From an uncultured Rhodobacteraceae bacterium (lineage in GTDB: Bacteria; Pseudomonadota; Alphaproteobacteria; Rhodobacterales; Rhodobacteraceae), in the NCBI GenBank assembly GCA_947496605.1, contig CANMDF010000004.1, positions 334,689-398,688 on the forward strand: a stretch of DNA of 64,000 bases. The letters run 5' to 3'. This document shows, piece after piece, positions 10,035 through 20,169 of the stretch. The notes beneath the pieces are model-generated. The model did not search any database, had not been told where the DNA came from, and was given only the letters and a program-made list of their open reading frames with translations. The number at the start of each line of letters is the position of its first letter. Position 1 is the stretch's first letter. The position numbers and the translations under genes are program-made.

Positions 10035-10877
10035 ATGCGCGCAGTATTTGGATTGGTTCTTTTGATCGGAATGGGCCTGGCAGGTTTCGCCGTTTATATG
10101 GTGAACCAATATATGGATACGCAGTCATCTGAGCTACAACGCGAGAGAGAGCGTGCCGCTACAGCGATCCGAACAGTCGACATCTACGCCCCGACGCGCA
10201 CCCTGACCTATGGGGATCTTCTAAGAGCAGAAGATGTAAAAATCATCAAATATGCCCGGGACTTTTTGCCCGAAGGCGTCTTTGCAACCGAAGAAGAGTT
10301 GTTTCCAGATGGCCTAAACGTACCGCGGGTCGTACGTATTCCAATGCAAGAGAATGAGCCTATTCTTACTGCTAAGGTGACAGAAGCAGGCGCACCGCAA
10401 GGTATCACAGCCTTGTTGGACCCCGGTATGCGCGCATTTCCGTTGCCAAACGGTATGGTGCAGGCGTTTGCGGGCGAACTGCGCACATCTGATTTGATCG
10501 ACTTGTATTGGGTCGGTCGTGTCGGCAATGGGCAAAATATCTCTCGCCTCGTAAAGTCACGACTCGAGATCATCTCGATGGATGAACCAGACGCACGCGG
10601 CAATGGCGGTGGTACCAACGTCGTTCTCCAAGTGTCCCAGTCAGACTTTGCAGATCTACAAGTATTGCGCTCAGCAGGCGCACTGTCCCTTACCCCGGTC
10701 GGGCGAAATGACGAAGAACTGGGCGATCTGACAATCGAAACCAACATCCGTGATGTATTGGGTATCGTCGAAGAAGTGGTTGAAGCGGCTCCTGAGGTCG
10801 TCGAAGAAGAGCGTTGCTTTGTCACGCAGCGCAACGGGACCGAGCGCATCCAAGTTGAAATTGAGTGCTCGAACTAG
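10035..10877 (+). CDS. cpaB: Flp pilus assembly protein CpaB/RcpC
   Basis: N-terminal TM, SAF-like segment (LTYGDLLRAEDV), PGMRAF motif, position in the tad locus. Confidence 0.88.
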   Translation: MRAVFGLVLLIGMGLAGFAVYMVNQYMDTQSSELQRERERAATAIRTVDIYAPTRTLTYGDLLRAEDVKIIKYARDFLPEGVFATEEELFPDGLNVPRVVRIPMQENEPILTAKVTEAGAPQGITALLDPGMRAFPLPNGMVQAFAGELRTSDLIDLYWVGRVGNGQNISRLVKSRLEIISMDEPDARGNGGGTNVVLQVSQSDFADLQVLRSAGALSLTPVGRNDEELGDLTIETNIRDVLGIVEEVVEAAPEVVEEERCFVTQRNGTERIQVEIECSN

Positions 10878-11100
10878 GCCATCGCTTGGTTTAGTCGACA
10901 ACACTCTGCTTGCGCCCGCAAAATCTTGTGTTGTGCGCGGGCACAGACACTCAGATTAGCGAGTGTTGCGAATTACCCACATGCGCTCCACCCTCCAAAG
11001 CCTTGATTCTTGCAATAAAACTGGAACTGTCCCATGGTCACGACATCATGGGCGGGAAGACCCGTTTAAAACGAGGCGTGATCGGAGAGGCAGGTCACTT

Positions 11101-12531
11101 ATGAAATATGACAGATTCTTAAAGGCAGCTATTGCTGGCTTGACGTTGTCGCTAACAGCGGCAGCACCTAGTATCGCACCGGCCGAAACACTGCGCGTAT
11201 TGCGCGGTGCGGCATCCAGTGCATTAAGCGTCCCGATGAGTCGGGCCGTTGTCGTGGAGAGCGATGTGCCCTTCACGGAACTATCTATTGCGAACCCTGG
11301 CATCGCCGACATTTCGTCGCTGTCAGACCGCACAATCTATGTTTTGGGCAAAGAGCCGGGTCGCACAACATTGACCTTGCTTGGTGAAAACGGGCGCTTG
11401 ATTACAAACGTCGAAATCCACGTTTCTCCAGATATGGCAGAATTCAAAGAGCGCTTGACGCAAATTTTGCCAGGTGAACCTATTGAAGTGCGCACCGCTA
11501 ACAACGGCATCGTTCTTTCAGGTACCGTGAGTTCGATTGCGCGCCTTGACCGCGCTTTGGATCTTGCAGAACGCTATGCACCTGAGCGTGTTTCCAACCT
11601 TATGACGGTTGGCGGGACGCAGCAGGTTATGTTGAAGGTACGTTTCGCCGAAATGCAGCGTTCCGTTAGCAAAGCGTTGTCAACGTCGCTGTCTCTTGGT
11701 GGCACTGGCTTTGACGGTGACTTGACCGCGCGAGGCGGCACGAACCGCACCGTTGGACAAGCCGGCGTAGCAGGTGCACTTGGTGGTGCCCTACCCGCCG
11801 CAAACGCGAACAACGGCGCAGTTCTCTTTGGATTTGGTGCCGGTGGCCTTGAAGTAGGAATTCTGCTCGAAGCGCTTGAAACTCGGGGTGTTGTGCGATC
11901 CCTCGCGGAGCCAAACCTGACAGCGCTCAGCGGTCAGGAAGCAACATTCCTTGCAGGTGGTGAATATCCTGTACCGACAGCCAATGACGGCGGCACGATT
12001 GCCGTTGAGTTTAAGCCATTCGGTGTGGAATTGAGCTTTATCCCACGCGTTGTGGATGGCGACATCATCAACCTTGAGCTTAATGCAGCCGTATCTGCTG
12101 TTGATCCATCAAGTGGTTTCCAAGCAAACGGTTTCTCAGTTGACGCATTTACACGTCGTGAGACCTCGACAACAGTCGAGATGCGTGATGGCGAAAGTTT
12201 CGCGATCGCAGGCTTGTTGTCGGATGATTTCAACGACTTGAATGGTCAGGTTCCTTGGATTGGTGACATCCCAGTCTTGGGCGCATTGTTCAGAAGTGCT
12301 GAGTATGCACGCCGCCAAACAGAGCTTGTTATTATCGTCACACCGCATCTTGTGTCTCCGACACGCGGTGAAGCGTTGGCATTGCCGACAGACCGCGTAC
12401 GCGCACCGACCGAGCAAGGCTTGTTCCTCTTTGGGCAAGTTGCACGCGAAGGTGGGCCATCAAGCGGTGGTGCAGGCGAAGTGGCACGCCAGGACTTTAG
12501 CGGGTCCTATGGCTATGTCCTTGACGAATGA
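11101..12531 (+). CDS. cpaC: Tad secretin CpaC/RcpA
   Basis: QQVMLKVRFAEM, LAEPNLTALSGQEATFLAGGEYPVP, IPVLGALFRS, ELVIIVTP. Confidence 0.95.
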   Translation: MKYDRFLKAAIAGLTLSLTAAAPSIAPAETLRVLRGAASSALSVPMSRAVVVESDVPFTELSIANPGIADISSLSDRTIYVLGKEPGRTTLTLLGENGRLITNVEIHVSPDMAEFKERLTQILPGEPIEVRTANNGIVLSGTVSSIARLDRALDLAERYAPERVSNLMTVGGTQQVMLKVRFAEMQRSVSKALSTSLSLGGTGFDGDLTARGGTNRTVGQAGVAGALGGALPAANANNGAVLFGFGAGGLEVGILLEALETRGVVRSLAEPNLTALSGQEATFLAGGEYPVPTANDGGTIAVEFKPFGVELSFIPRVVDGDIINLELNAAVSAVDPSSGFQANGFSVDAFTRRETSTTVEMRDGESFAIAGLLSDDFNDLNGQVPWIGDIPVLGALFRSAEYARRQTELVIIVTPHLVSPTRGEALALPTDRVRAPTEQGLFLFGQVAREGGPSSGGAGEVARQDFSGSYGYVLDE

Positions 12532-12545
12532 TTGGAGCTAAGTCG

Positions 12546-13190
12546 ATGAAATATATGATCACAGCGGCTATTGCTGCAGCAACTCTGAGCGCTTGCTCAT
12601 CCGCCGACAGGCAGGTTGGAATGGCTTCATTCTTTACCGAAGCTGGTTCAGCGCTTGATTCGGGCGACTTTGGTGAAGCGACGATGAACAACCGTCTCGT
12701 GCAGACCGGTCAGTTAGATTATACGGTCAATCTTGCACGCCGATTTGCATCTGACGTGAACTCAACGATCAACTTTGAGTTCAACTCATCGGTGCTTGAT
12801 GCAGATGCGCGCAGCACATTGATGAAACAAGCAGATTGGATTCGTCAGTTCCCGGAAGTGCGCTTCAAAGTTTACGGCCATACCGACCTTGTCGGCAGCC
12901 AGCGCTTTAACCGCACGCTTGGTCTGCGTCGTGCCCAGGCTGTTGTTGCATTCTTGTCCACTCAGGGCATCAGCCGTGACCGACTAGAGGCCGTTGTTTC
13001 CTTCGGTGAAACGCAACCTGTTGTCGTGACAGATGGACGTGAGCGTCGTAACCGTCGCACAGTCACAGAAGTCACCGGATTTGTTGAAAGCGATCCGATG
13101 GTTCTGAACGGCAAATATGCAGAGATTATCTTCCGCGATTACATCGGAAGTACTGCACAAGAGAGTACCGCAACTGCCGGCCAACTCTAA
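12546..13190 (+). CDS. OmpA-family lipoprotein of the tad locus
   Basis: Lipobox LSAC; INFEFNSS, VYGHTD, N..LGLRRA..V, NRR OmpA_C motifs. Confidence 0.88.
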   Translation: MKYMITAAIAAATLSACSSADRQVGMASFFTEAGSALDSGDFGEATMNNRLVQTGQLDYTVNLARRFASDVNSTINFEFNSSVLDADARSTLMKQADWIRQFPEVRFKVYGHTDLVGSQRFNRTLGLRRAQAVVAFLSTQGISRDRLEAVVSFGETQPVVVTDGRERRNRRTVTEVTGFVESDPMVLNGKYAEIIFRDYIGSTAQESTATAGQL

Positions 13191-13212
13191 GCGGCACCTT
13201 TCCGCTTGCTTC

Positions 13213-13244
13213 GTTGGCGCCGGATTCTTTCATCCGGCGCCAAC
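13213..13244. other. Perfect 13-bp intercistronic hairpin without a U-tract
   Basis: GTTGGCGCCGGAT-tctttc-ATCCGGCGCCAAC. Confidence 0.75.
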
Positions 13245-13445
13245 TTACGACCAAACATTCGCAAATCGTTGCATTTTTCTGCACAGTCGCTCTGTTTTGG
13301 TCCTATTATCGACAAAATTCCCTCGAATAATCAGTCAAGAAGAGCGCCTTGCAGCAGTGCGATAGGCAATACATATTGTTGTGCTAGGCTTGCGTTTACC
13401 TGTGGCATATATTGAACGTGAATTACTGATGGGGACATCAAAGAA

Positions 13446-14690
13446 ATGAGTACAAGTCCGGTCGTTCAAAGCGATCCACCACAGATTGTGGCATGCACGA
13501 TCAGCCGCGATGTGCAGAACTTCGATCTGCTGATCGAAGACATGGAATCAGCCTTGGGCGACGCTTGGGGCGATCTGAGCTTTGACGACGCGGCGGCCTT
13601 TCTTCAACAGCCCGAGTCTAAGGGTCTTCAATTTGTGACATTGGCGATGGACACCGAAGACGAAGACAACCTCTCGGCAATTTCTGAAGTAATTGTTGCT
13701 GCAAAAGAATCTGGCATCAAAGTCATTCTGATCGCAGAAGACGTCAGCCCAACTGCACTACACCAATTGCTGCGGCAGGGCGGTGATGAATTCGTCCCCT
13801 ACCCTCTTCCTGAGAACGAATTGGCCCGCGCGATTGAGCGGGTTTTGACCAAAGAAGAAGTACCTGTTGCCCAGAGCGGCGAAAAGGGTTTCAAGCCAAC
13901 CGGTGACCGCGCTGGCGTTGTCATTCCAATCCACGGATTGGCGGGTGGCACAGGTGCGACGATGATGGCCGTCAATCTGGCTTGGGAACTCGCAAATATC
14001 GAGAAAACCGACCCGCCGAAGGTTTGTTTGCTTGATCTTGATTTCCAGTTTGGGTCTGCATCCACTTATCTTGACCTGCCACGCAGGGAAGCCGTCTTAG
14101 AGTTGCTGACAGATACCGCGTCGATGGATGCTGAATCTTTCTTGCAAGCGACATTGGCATTTGGCGAAAAGATGCATGTCTTGACCGCGCCAACAGATAT
14201 GATCCCGCTGGATATGATCACGCCCGAAGATATTGCGCGGGTGATTGAGATTGCCAGTAGCAACTTCGACTACGTGATCATTGATATGCCATCAACGATG
14301 GTTGAATGGTCTCAGGTCGTGTTGGAAATGGCGCATGTCTATTTTGCGATGATTGAACTGGATATGCGCTCTGCCCAGAACACACTGCGCCTTAAGCGTG
14401 CACTGCAGTCAGAAGACCTGCCATTTGAGAAAATTCGCTTCATCTTAAACCGGGCGCCCGGGTTTACAGACATGAACGGCAAAAGCCGCGTCAAACGCTT
14501 GTCTGACAACCTAGGTATTTCCGTTGAAGTACAGCTGCCGGATGGTGGCAAGCCAGTGATGCAATCCGCAGACCATGGCTCACCACTTTCTGAAACAAAT
14601 GCTAAGAACGCTTTGCGCAAAGAAATCGTAAAGCTCGCAAAATCCATTCATGACGTGAACCAGGCTGATACAGCTGAAGCGCGCGCTTAA
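13446..14690 (+). CDS. cpaE: Pilus assembly protein CpaE/TadZ (receiver-like + MinD-like domains)
   Basis: Deviant Walker A GLAGGTGAT, LLDLDFQFG, YVIIDMP. Confidence 0.9.
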   Translation: MSTSPVVQSDPPQIVACTISRDVQNFDLLIEDMESALGDAWGDLSFDDAAAFLQQPESKGLQFVTLAMDTEDEDNLSAISEVIVAAKESGIKVILIAEDVSPTALHQLLRQGGDEFVPYPLPENELARAIERVLTKEEVPVAQSGEKGFKPTGDRAGVVIPIHGLAGGTGATMMAVNLAWELANIEKTDPPKVCLLDLDFQFGSASTYLDLPRREAVLELLTDTASMDAESFLQATLAFGEKMHVLTAPTDMIPLDMITPEDIARVIEIASSNFDYVIIDMPSTMVEWSQVVLEMAHVYFAMIELDMRSAQNTLRLKRALQSEDLPFEKIRFILNRAPGFTDMNGKSRVKRLSDNLGISVEVQLPDGGKPVMQSADHGSPLSETNAKNALRKEIVKLAKSIHDVNQADTAEARA

Positions 14691-14701
14691 GGGGTACTAT
14701 C

Positions 14702-16159
14702 ATGTTTTCAAAGTATAAAAAGCCAACACTTCCAAAAGATGCGAATGCACCTGCACCTGCGTCCTCAAAAATAGATGTCGCTGCGATCGCAGCGGCAAAA
14801 CCCGACGAGACGCGTCAGCCTCTCGTAAAGACCGCCCCATCGCGTCGGGCAGGTGAAGCGGCCCCTATGGACAAAGAGAAACGTCGTAAGGAACGTCTGG
14901 GTGAGATTAAGCTAGAGCTTCACAAGGCATTGCTCGACAATCTGAACCTTGCCGCTCTTGAGAGTGCTTCTGAGCAAGAGCTGCGGACAGAGATTAACGC
15001 GATTGCGAACGAAACCCTCGAAGACATGGGGATCGTCCTTAACCGTGACGAGCGTCAAACACTCAGCCAGGACCTGTTTTTTGAGGTCACAGGCCTTGGT
15101 CCGCTTGAGACGCTTTTGAAAGACGACACCGTAAACGATATTCTCGTAAATGGTCCGCAGCAAATTTTCGTAGAACGCGATGGTAACCTTGAACTGACCG
15201 ACGTGACCTTCAAGGATGAACGCCACCTTCTTCGGATTATCGACAAGATCGTTTCGGCAGTTGGTCGTCGTGTCGACGAATCCAACCCTTATGTTGACGC
15301 CCGTTTGGCAGATGGTTCGCGTTTCAACGCGATGGTCCCGCCGATTGCGGTTGATGGATCGCTGGTGTCCATTCGTAAATTTAAGAAAGACAAACTTGGC
15401 ATCGAAGAGCTTGTGAACTTTGGTGCATTCACCGAAGAAATGGCGGCCTATCTGCAAGCTGCGGTTTCGACCCGCCTGAATGTGATTGTATCTGGTGGTA
15501 CGGGTTCTGGTAAAACCACAACGCTGAACGCGCTGTCAGGCTTCATCGACGATGATGAACGTATTCTGACGATTGAGGATACGGCCGAACTTCAACTGCA
15601 ACAAACGCATGTTGGACGGATGGAAAGCCGCCCACCAAACGTGGAAGGCAAAGGCGGCGTGTCTCAGCGCGACTGTCTGAAGAACGCCCTTCGTATGCGT
15701 CCAGACCGCATTATTGTGGGTGAGACGCGTGGCGAGGAAGTCATCGACATGCTGCAGGCCATGAACACGGGCCACGATGGGTCAATGACAACAATCCACG
15801 CCAACAGTGCACGTGATGGCGTGTCCCGTCTTGAGAACATGATTGCGATGGCCGGTATTGAAATGCCAATCAAAGCGATGCGGAGCCAGATTTCTTCTGC
15901 TGTTAACTTGATCGTGCAAGCTTCCCGCTTGCAGGATGGTTCGCGCCGCATGGTTTCGATTACCGAGGTAACCGGTATGGAAGGCGACGTGATCTCGATG
16001 CAGGAAATCTTCCGCTATCAGCGCGTTGGCTTGACCCCGGACAATAAGATCATCGGCCACTTTACCGCGACAGGTGTCCGGAGCCACTTCTCTGAGCGCT
16101 TTAAGCTGTGGGGCTATGACCTGCCGCCTGCGATCTTTGAACCGATGGTCGCGGAGTAA
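14702..16159 (+). CDS. cpaF: Tad motor ATPase CpaF/TadA
   Basis: [38 protein letters not shown] all intact. Confidence 0.97.
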   Translation: MFSKYKKPTLPKDANAPAPASSKIDVAAIAAAKPDETRQPLVKTAPSRRAGEAAPMDKEKRRKERLGEIKLELHKALLDNLNLAALESASEQELRTEINAIANETLEDMGIVLNRDERQTLSQDLFFEVTGLGPLETLLKDDTVNDILVNGPQQIFVERDGNLELTDVTFKDERHLLRIIDKIVSAVGRRVDESNPYVDARLADGSRFNAMVPPIAVDGSLVSIRKFKKDKLGIEELVNFGAFTEEMAAYLQAAVSTRLNVIVSGGTGSGKTTTLNALSGFIDDDERILTIEDTAELQLQQTHVGRMESRPPNVEGKGGVSQRDCLKNALRMRPDRIIVGETRGEEVIDMLQAMNTGHDGSMTTIHANSARDGVSRLENMIAMAGIEMPIKAMRSQISSAVNLIVQASRLQDGSRRMVSITEVTGMEGDVISMQEIFRYQRVGLTPDNKIIGHFTATGVRSHFSERFKLWGYDLPPAIFEPMVAE

Positions 16160-16164
16160 GTCGC

Positions 16165-17130
16165 ATGATTTCAGTCGAACCATTCATTTACGTTCTGATC
16201 TTCATCGCCGTTCTGGCGTTGGTTCAGGGCGCCTATCTTGTGATCTTTGGCAAGTCGATCAGCATGGACGGCAAGGTGAACCGCCGTCTTGATATGCTCG
16301 ACAAGGGCGCCGACCGCGAACAAGTGCTTGATCAACTCCGTAAGGAGATGACGCAGCACATGAAATCGCAGAGCATTCCGGTCTATTCATTGCTGGCTGA
16401 CCGGGCGCAAAAGGCGAACATTGCATTCACACCAACGCAACTGATTATCATGATGGGCGTGCTCAGCGTTGTTTCATTCGGTTTGCTAACTGTGCTGACA
16501 GCTGTCGGCGTCCCAATTCGCATCCTTGTCGCGATCCTGATGGGCGTTGGCGGCGTATTTGTCTGGGTAAACGGCAAAGCCAAAAAACGCATGGACATGC
16601 TTGCTGAGCAATTGCCAGAAGCCGTTGAGCTGATGGTCCGTTCTTTACGCGTCGGGCACCCATTCACCTCTTCCGTGGCAATTGTGGCTCGTGAGGTTCC
16701 TGATCCACTTGGGACTGAAATGGGTATGATCTCGGATGAGGCCGCCTATGGCCGTGATATTGGTGAAACCTTAAAGTCGATGGCAGAACGCCTGGATAAC
16801 CAGGACATGCGGTTCTTGGCCGTGGCTGTGACCATTCAACAGACATCAGGTGGTAACTTGGCAGAAATTCTTGATGGATTGGCCAAAGTGATCCGCGCAC
16901 GTTTTCGCCTGTTCCGCCGTGTTGCGGCGATCACCGCTGAAGCAAAGTGGTCAGGGAACCTTTTGTCAGCTTTTCCAATTGTTGCTCTGATGGGTATTAA
17001 CTTGGTGAAGCCTGACTACTACGACGAAGTGATGCAAAGTCCGCTTTTCATCCCGGCTGTCTTGATCGTCGTTGCGTTTCTTGTGTTGAACATCTTCGTC
17101 ATGCGATCATTGGTCGATATTAAGGTCTAG
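16165..17130 (+). CDS. tadB: Tad platform protein TadB
   Basis: T2SSF domain QLPEAVELMVRSLRVGH, QQTSGGNLAEIL. Confidence 0.93.
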   Translation: MISVEPFIYVLIFIAVLALVQGAYLVIFGKSISMDGKVNRRLDMLDKGADREQVLDQLRKEMTQHMKSQSIPVYSLLADRAQKANIAFTPTQLIIMMGVLSVVSFGLLTVLTAVGVPIRILVAILMGVGGVFVWVNGKAKKRMDMLAEQLPEAVELMVRSLRVGHPFTSSVAIVAREVPDPLGTEMGMISDEAAYGRDIGETLKSMAERLDNQDMRFLAVAVTIQQTSGGNLAEILDGLAKVIRARFRLFRRVAAITAEAKWSGNLLSAFPIVALMGINLVKPDYYDEVMQSPLFIPAVLIVVAFLVLNIFVMRSLVDIKV

Positions 17131-17139
17131 GGGGATCAA

Positions 17140-18105
17140 ATGGAAAATATTCAAACGATGATAATCGATGTTCTTGGGCCTTTTGGGCCCTTGATGGTTG
17201 TCGGATTGCTTGGTGTGTTCTTGATCTTGATCACCCTTCCGGTCCTTCTAAAACGCGAGGTTGACCCCCTTGATAAGATCAAGGCAAGCACCCAAACTGC
17301 TGCCGTTGGAAAAGCGAAGGGCAAACAGCTTCGCTCTGCAACCAGTAAAGACAAGCTTGAAAAGTATTCGAGCTTCTTAGAGCCGCAGAACGCAGAAGAG
17401 TATTCGGTCGTGAAGCTGAAGCTCATGCAGGCTGGCTATAGAAGCAACAACGCAGTCCGGATCTATCACTTTCTACAATTTGCGTTAGGCATTTTTGGAC
17501 TATTGTGCGGCGGCGCATATGCTCTGGTGCAAATGTCCAGCGGGATTGAAGCAACCACCCAGCAATTGGTGCTTTGGATCATGATCCCAGGCGGCGCGGG
17601 CTATGTTTTGCCCAAATATTGGGTGACACGCCGCCAGCAGATGCGCCAAGAAGCGATCACAAATGGCTTTCCAGATAGTCTCGATATGATGCTCGTTTGT
17701 GTCGAAGCCGGCCAATCATTGGACCAATCTATCATTCGCGTTGCCCGTGAGTTGAAGTCGGGCTTCCCCGATTTGGCGGATGAGTTTGAGATTGTCAGCC
17801 AGGAAGCGAAGGCAGGTAAAGACAAGACAACAGTTCTAAAGGATATGTCGGAACGCTGCGGTGTAGCTGACATTTCAAGCTTTGTGACTGTGCTGGTCCA
17901 GTCCGCGCAATTTGGTACTTCTATTGCAGATGCGCTACGGGTTTATGCGTCAGAAATGCGTGACAAACGGGTCATGCGTGCAGAAGAGAAAGCAAACAAG
18001 CTACCAACGAAAATGACGCTTGCAACGATGATGCTGACAGTTCCTCCATTGATGGCCATGTTGATTGGACCGTCGATCTACGCGATTGTGGTTAATCTCA
18101 GTTAA
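17140..18105 (+). CDS. tadC: Tad platform protein TadC
   Basis: FPDSLDMMLVCVEAG, QSAQFGTSIADALR, AEEKANKL. Confidence 0.93.
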   Translation: MENIQTMIIDVLGPFGPLMVVGLLGVFLILITLPVLLKREVDPLDKIKASTQTAAVGKAKGKQLRSATSKDKLEKYSSFLEPQNAEEYSVVKLKLMQAGYRSNNAVRIYHFLQFALGIFGLLCGGAYALVQMSSGIEATTQQLVLWIMIPGGAGYVLPKYWVTRRQQMRQEAITNGFPDSLDMMLVCVEAGQSLDQSIIRVARELKSGFPDLADEFEIVSQEAKAGKDKTTVLKDMSERCGVADISSFVTVLVQSAQFGTSIADALRVYASEMRDKRVMRAEEKANKLPTKMTLATMMLTVPPLMAMLIGPSIYAIVVNLS

Positions 18106-18107
18106 TA

Positions 18108-18665
18108 ATGCTCAGACGCGCTTTCATTTGCTTTGCAATTTTTGCTTTGGCCGCCTGCACATCAGGCGGCCTTAATCGTTCACCTGATGGTGTCTTTGCC
18201 CCCGGTCTTGCGCCTGGACAAAGCGCAGATGGTCTCGTCGTTGGACATCGTTTGATGGATGCCGGAGAATATGAACTGGCGTTAAAGGCCTACAACAGAG
18301 CAGCAGCGCAACAAGGCCTTAATGTCGATACGATGTCGGCGATTGGGTCCGCTAACCTGAACCTTGGTCGCTTGGGGCAAGCTGAACGCTGGTTACGGAT
18401 GGCCGTTGAAGAAGACCCAACATTTCCCCCTGCTTGGAATAATCTGGGTGTGATCTTGATGGAACGAGGCGAAATCGGTGAAGCCAGCGAAGTTTTCCGC
18501 CGCGCATTTGCCGCAGATAGCGGAAATTCGGATGAAATTCGCGACAATTTACGCTTAGCGCTCGCAAAATTGGAAAATCCGGGCAATACTGCGGATCAAG
18601 AAAATCAGAACTTCAATCTGATCCGGCGCGGTGCAGGCGATTTTGCATTGGTGTCGGACCTATAG
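18108..18665 (+). CDS. TPR lipoprotein (TadD/pilotin-like)
   Basis: Lipobox LAAC, TPR repeats (AWNNLGVILM). Confidence 0.85.
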   Translation: MLRRAFICFAIFALAACTSGGLNRSPDGVFAPGLAPGQSADGLVVGHRLMDAGEYELALKAYNRAAAQQGLNVDTMSAIGSANLNLGRLGQAERWLRMAVEEDPTFPPAWNNLGVILMERGEIGEASEVFRRAFAADSGNSDEIRDNLRLALAKLENPGNTADQENQNFNLIRRGAGDFALVSDL

Positions 18666-18692
18666 GCAAAAGCAGCAAAAGGACGCAGAAAC

Positions 18693-19547
18693 ATGCGCCA
18701 CCCATTTATTCTGACGCTTTGCGCGGCGGCCATTGGCCTGTCTGCGTGCGAGCAATCTGGCGAAGCTGAAGTCGAGCGCGCGATGCAAGACATCAACGTC
18801 GTAGATGAAACCAACCTAAACGACGTCATGTTAACAGTCGGTGATCCCAATGAGGCCGTCCGCTACTTTGCGAACGCAAGCACCAACGACCCCGGTCGGA
18901 TTGATCTGGAACGTGGTCTGGCCAAATCTTTGATACGTGCCCGGCGTACCGAAGAGGCTGTTGGCGCATGGGAAGCCGTCGTTGAGAACGATGAAGCCAC
19001 AAACACGGACCGCGTCGACCTTGCTGATGCCTATATTCGCGCGAACGAATGGGATAATGCGGCCGCCACGTTGAATACGGTGCCCCCCACCTATGAGACC
19101 TTCAAGCGTTACCGTTTGGAAGCAATGGTCGCTGATAGCCGGCAGCAATGGGAAAAAGCAGATAGCTTCTACGAGACCGCAGTTGGCCTTACGACGCGTC
19201 CCGCGACCGTTTATAACAATTGGGGTTTTTCAAAACTGACGCGCGGAGATTATCCTGCTGCAGAACGGATGTTTGTTGATGCCCTTCGCTTCAACAGCAA
19301 TATGTTCACAGCAAAGAACAATCTGGTTTTGGCGCGCGGCGCACAACGCAATTACGCCATTCCGGTCATCCCTATGACGCAGATTGAACGTGCACGATTG
19401 ATGCATACAATGGCTCTGGCTGCGATCAAGCAAAACGACATCACCATTGGTAAGTCTTTGCTGAACGACGCGATCAACACCCACCCCCAATATTTCGAAG
19501 AGGCCACGCGCGCGCTGGAAGCTCTCGAAAACAATACCGGGAACTAA
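18693..19547 (+). CDS. Second TPR lipoprotein (TadD/CpaO-like)
   Basis: Lipobox LSAC, TPR repeats (VYNNWGFS, AKNNL). Confidence 0.85.
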   Translation: MRHPFILTLCAAAIGLSACEQSGEAEVERAMQDINVVDETNLNDVMLTVGDPNEAVRYFANASTNDPGRIDLERGLAKSLIRARRTEEAVGAWEAVVENDEATNTDRVDLADAYIRANEWDNAAATLNTVPPTYETFKRYRLEAMVADSRQQWEKADSFYETAVGLTTRPATVYNNWGFSKLTRGDYPAAERMFVDALRFNSNMFTAKNNLVLARGAQRNYAIPVIPMTQIERARLMHTMALAAIKQNDITIGKSLLNDAINTHPQYFEEATRALEALENNTGN

Positions 19548-19553
19548 GATCAA

Positions 19554-20045
19554 ATGGGCATAACGGCTGAAGCGGCTTACTGGTTTCTTCCGGCCGTTAC
19601 CCCACTCGCGTTGTTCATTACTTGGAATGATATGCGCGATATGAAGATCACCAATAACTCGGTGATCGCAGTTATGGTCGCCTATGGGGTACTTGGCCCA
19701 TTCGCCTTTGGCTGGTCGATGTATTTCTCGCAATGGCTGCATTTCCCAATTGCGCTGGTCGTCTGCATGGCGCTCTGGGCCTTGCGCCTTATGGGCGGCG
19801 GCGATGCAAAGTTGATCGCGGCAATTGCGCCATTCTTTGTGATGGCCGATCTCGATTTTATCCTGCGCGTTTTTGCAGCCAGCCTGATTGGCGCGTTGGT
19901 CGCCCACACGATCTTTCGGTTTACACCGCTGAAACGCCCTGTTGCAGAATGGAAAAGCTGGAATGCAGGCTGGTATTTCCCAAAGGGCTTCCCACTCAGC
20001 ATGACTCTTCTACTATATCTAGTAGCAGCGGCGGTTTACCTCTGA
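19554..20045 (+). CDS. cpaA: Prepilin peptidase CpaA/TadV (A24)
   Basis: Multi-TM with two catalytic Asp motifs (WNDMRDMKI, MGGGDAKL). Confidence 0.92.
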   Translation: MGITAEAAYWFLPAVTPLALFITWNDMRDMKITNNSVIAVMVAYGVLGPFAFGWSMYFSQWLHFPIALVVCMALWALRLMGGGDAKLIAAIAPFFVMADLDFILRVFAASLIGALVAHTIFRFTPLKRPVAEWKSWNAGWYFPKGFPLSMTLLLYLVAAAVYL

Positions 20046-20169
20046 TACTTGGCTAATGCCTTGGACAGGCACGTGTTTATCCACTATTTTGACATAGTTA
20101 TTGTTAACAATCGTATGAACGCCGCCAATACCGCGGCCATGCGTAATTTTATGATGGACGGAACCAGAT

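Noticed and set aside
2355-13226. GANTC (CcrM) sites in several promoter regions
   Set aside because: GANTC also occurs in coding regions; enrichment cannot be claimed without a count against background.
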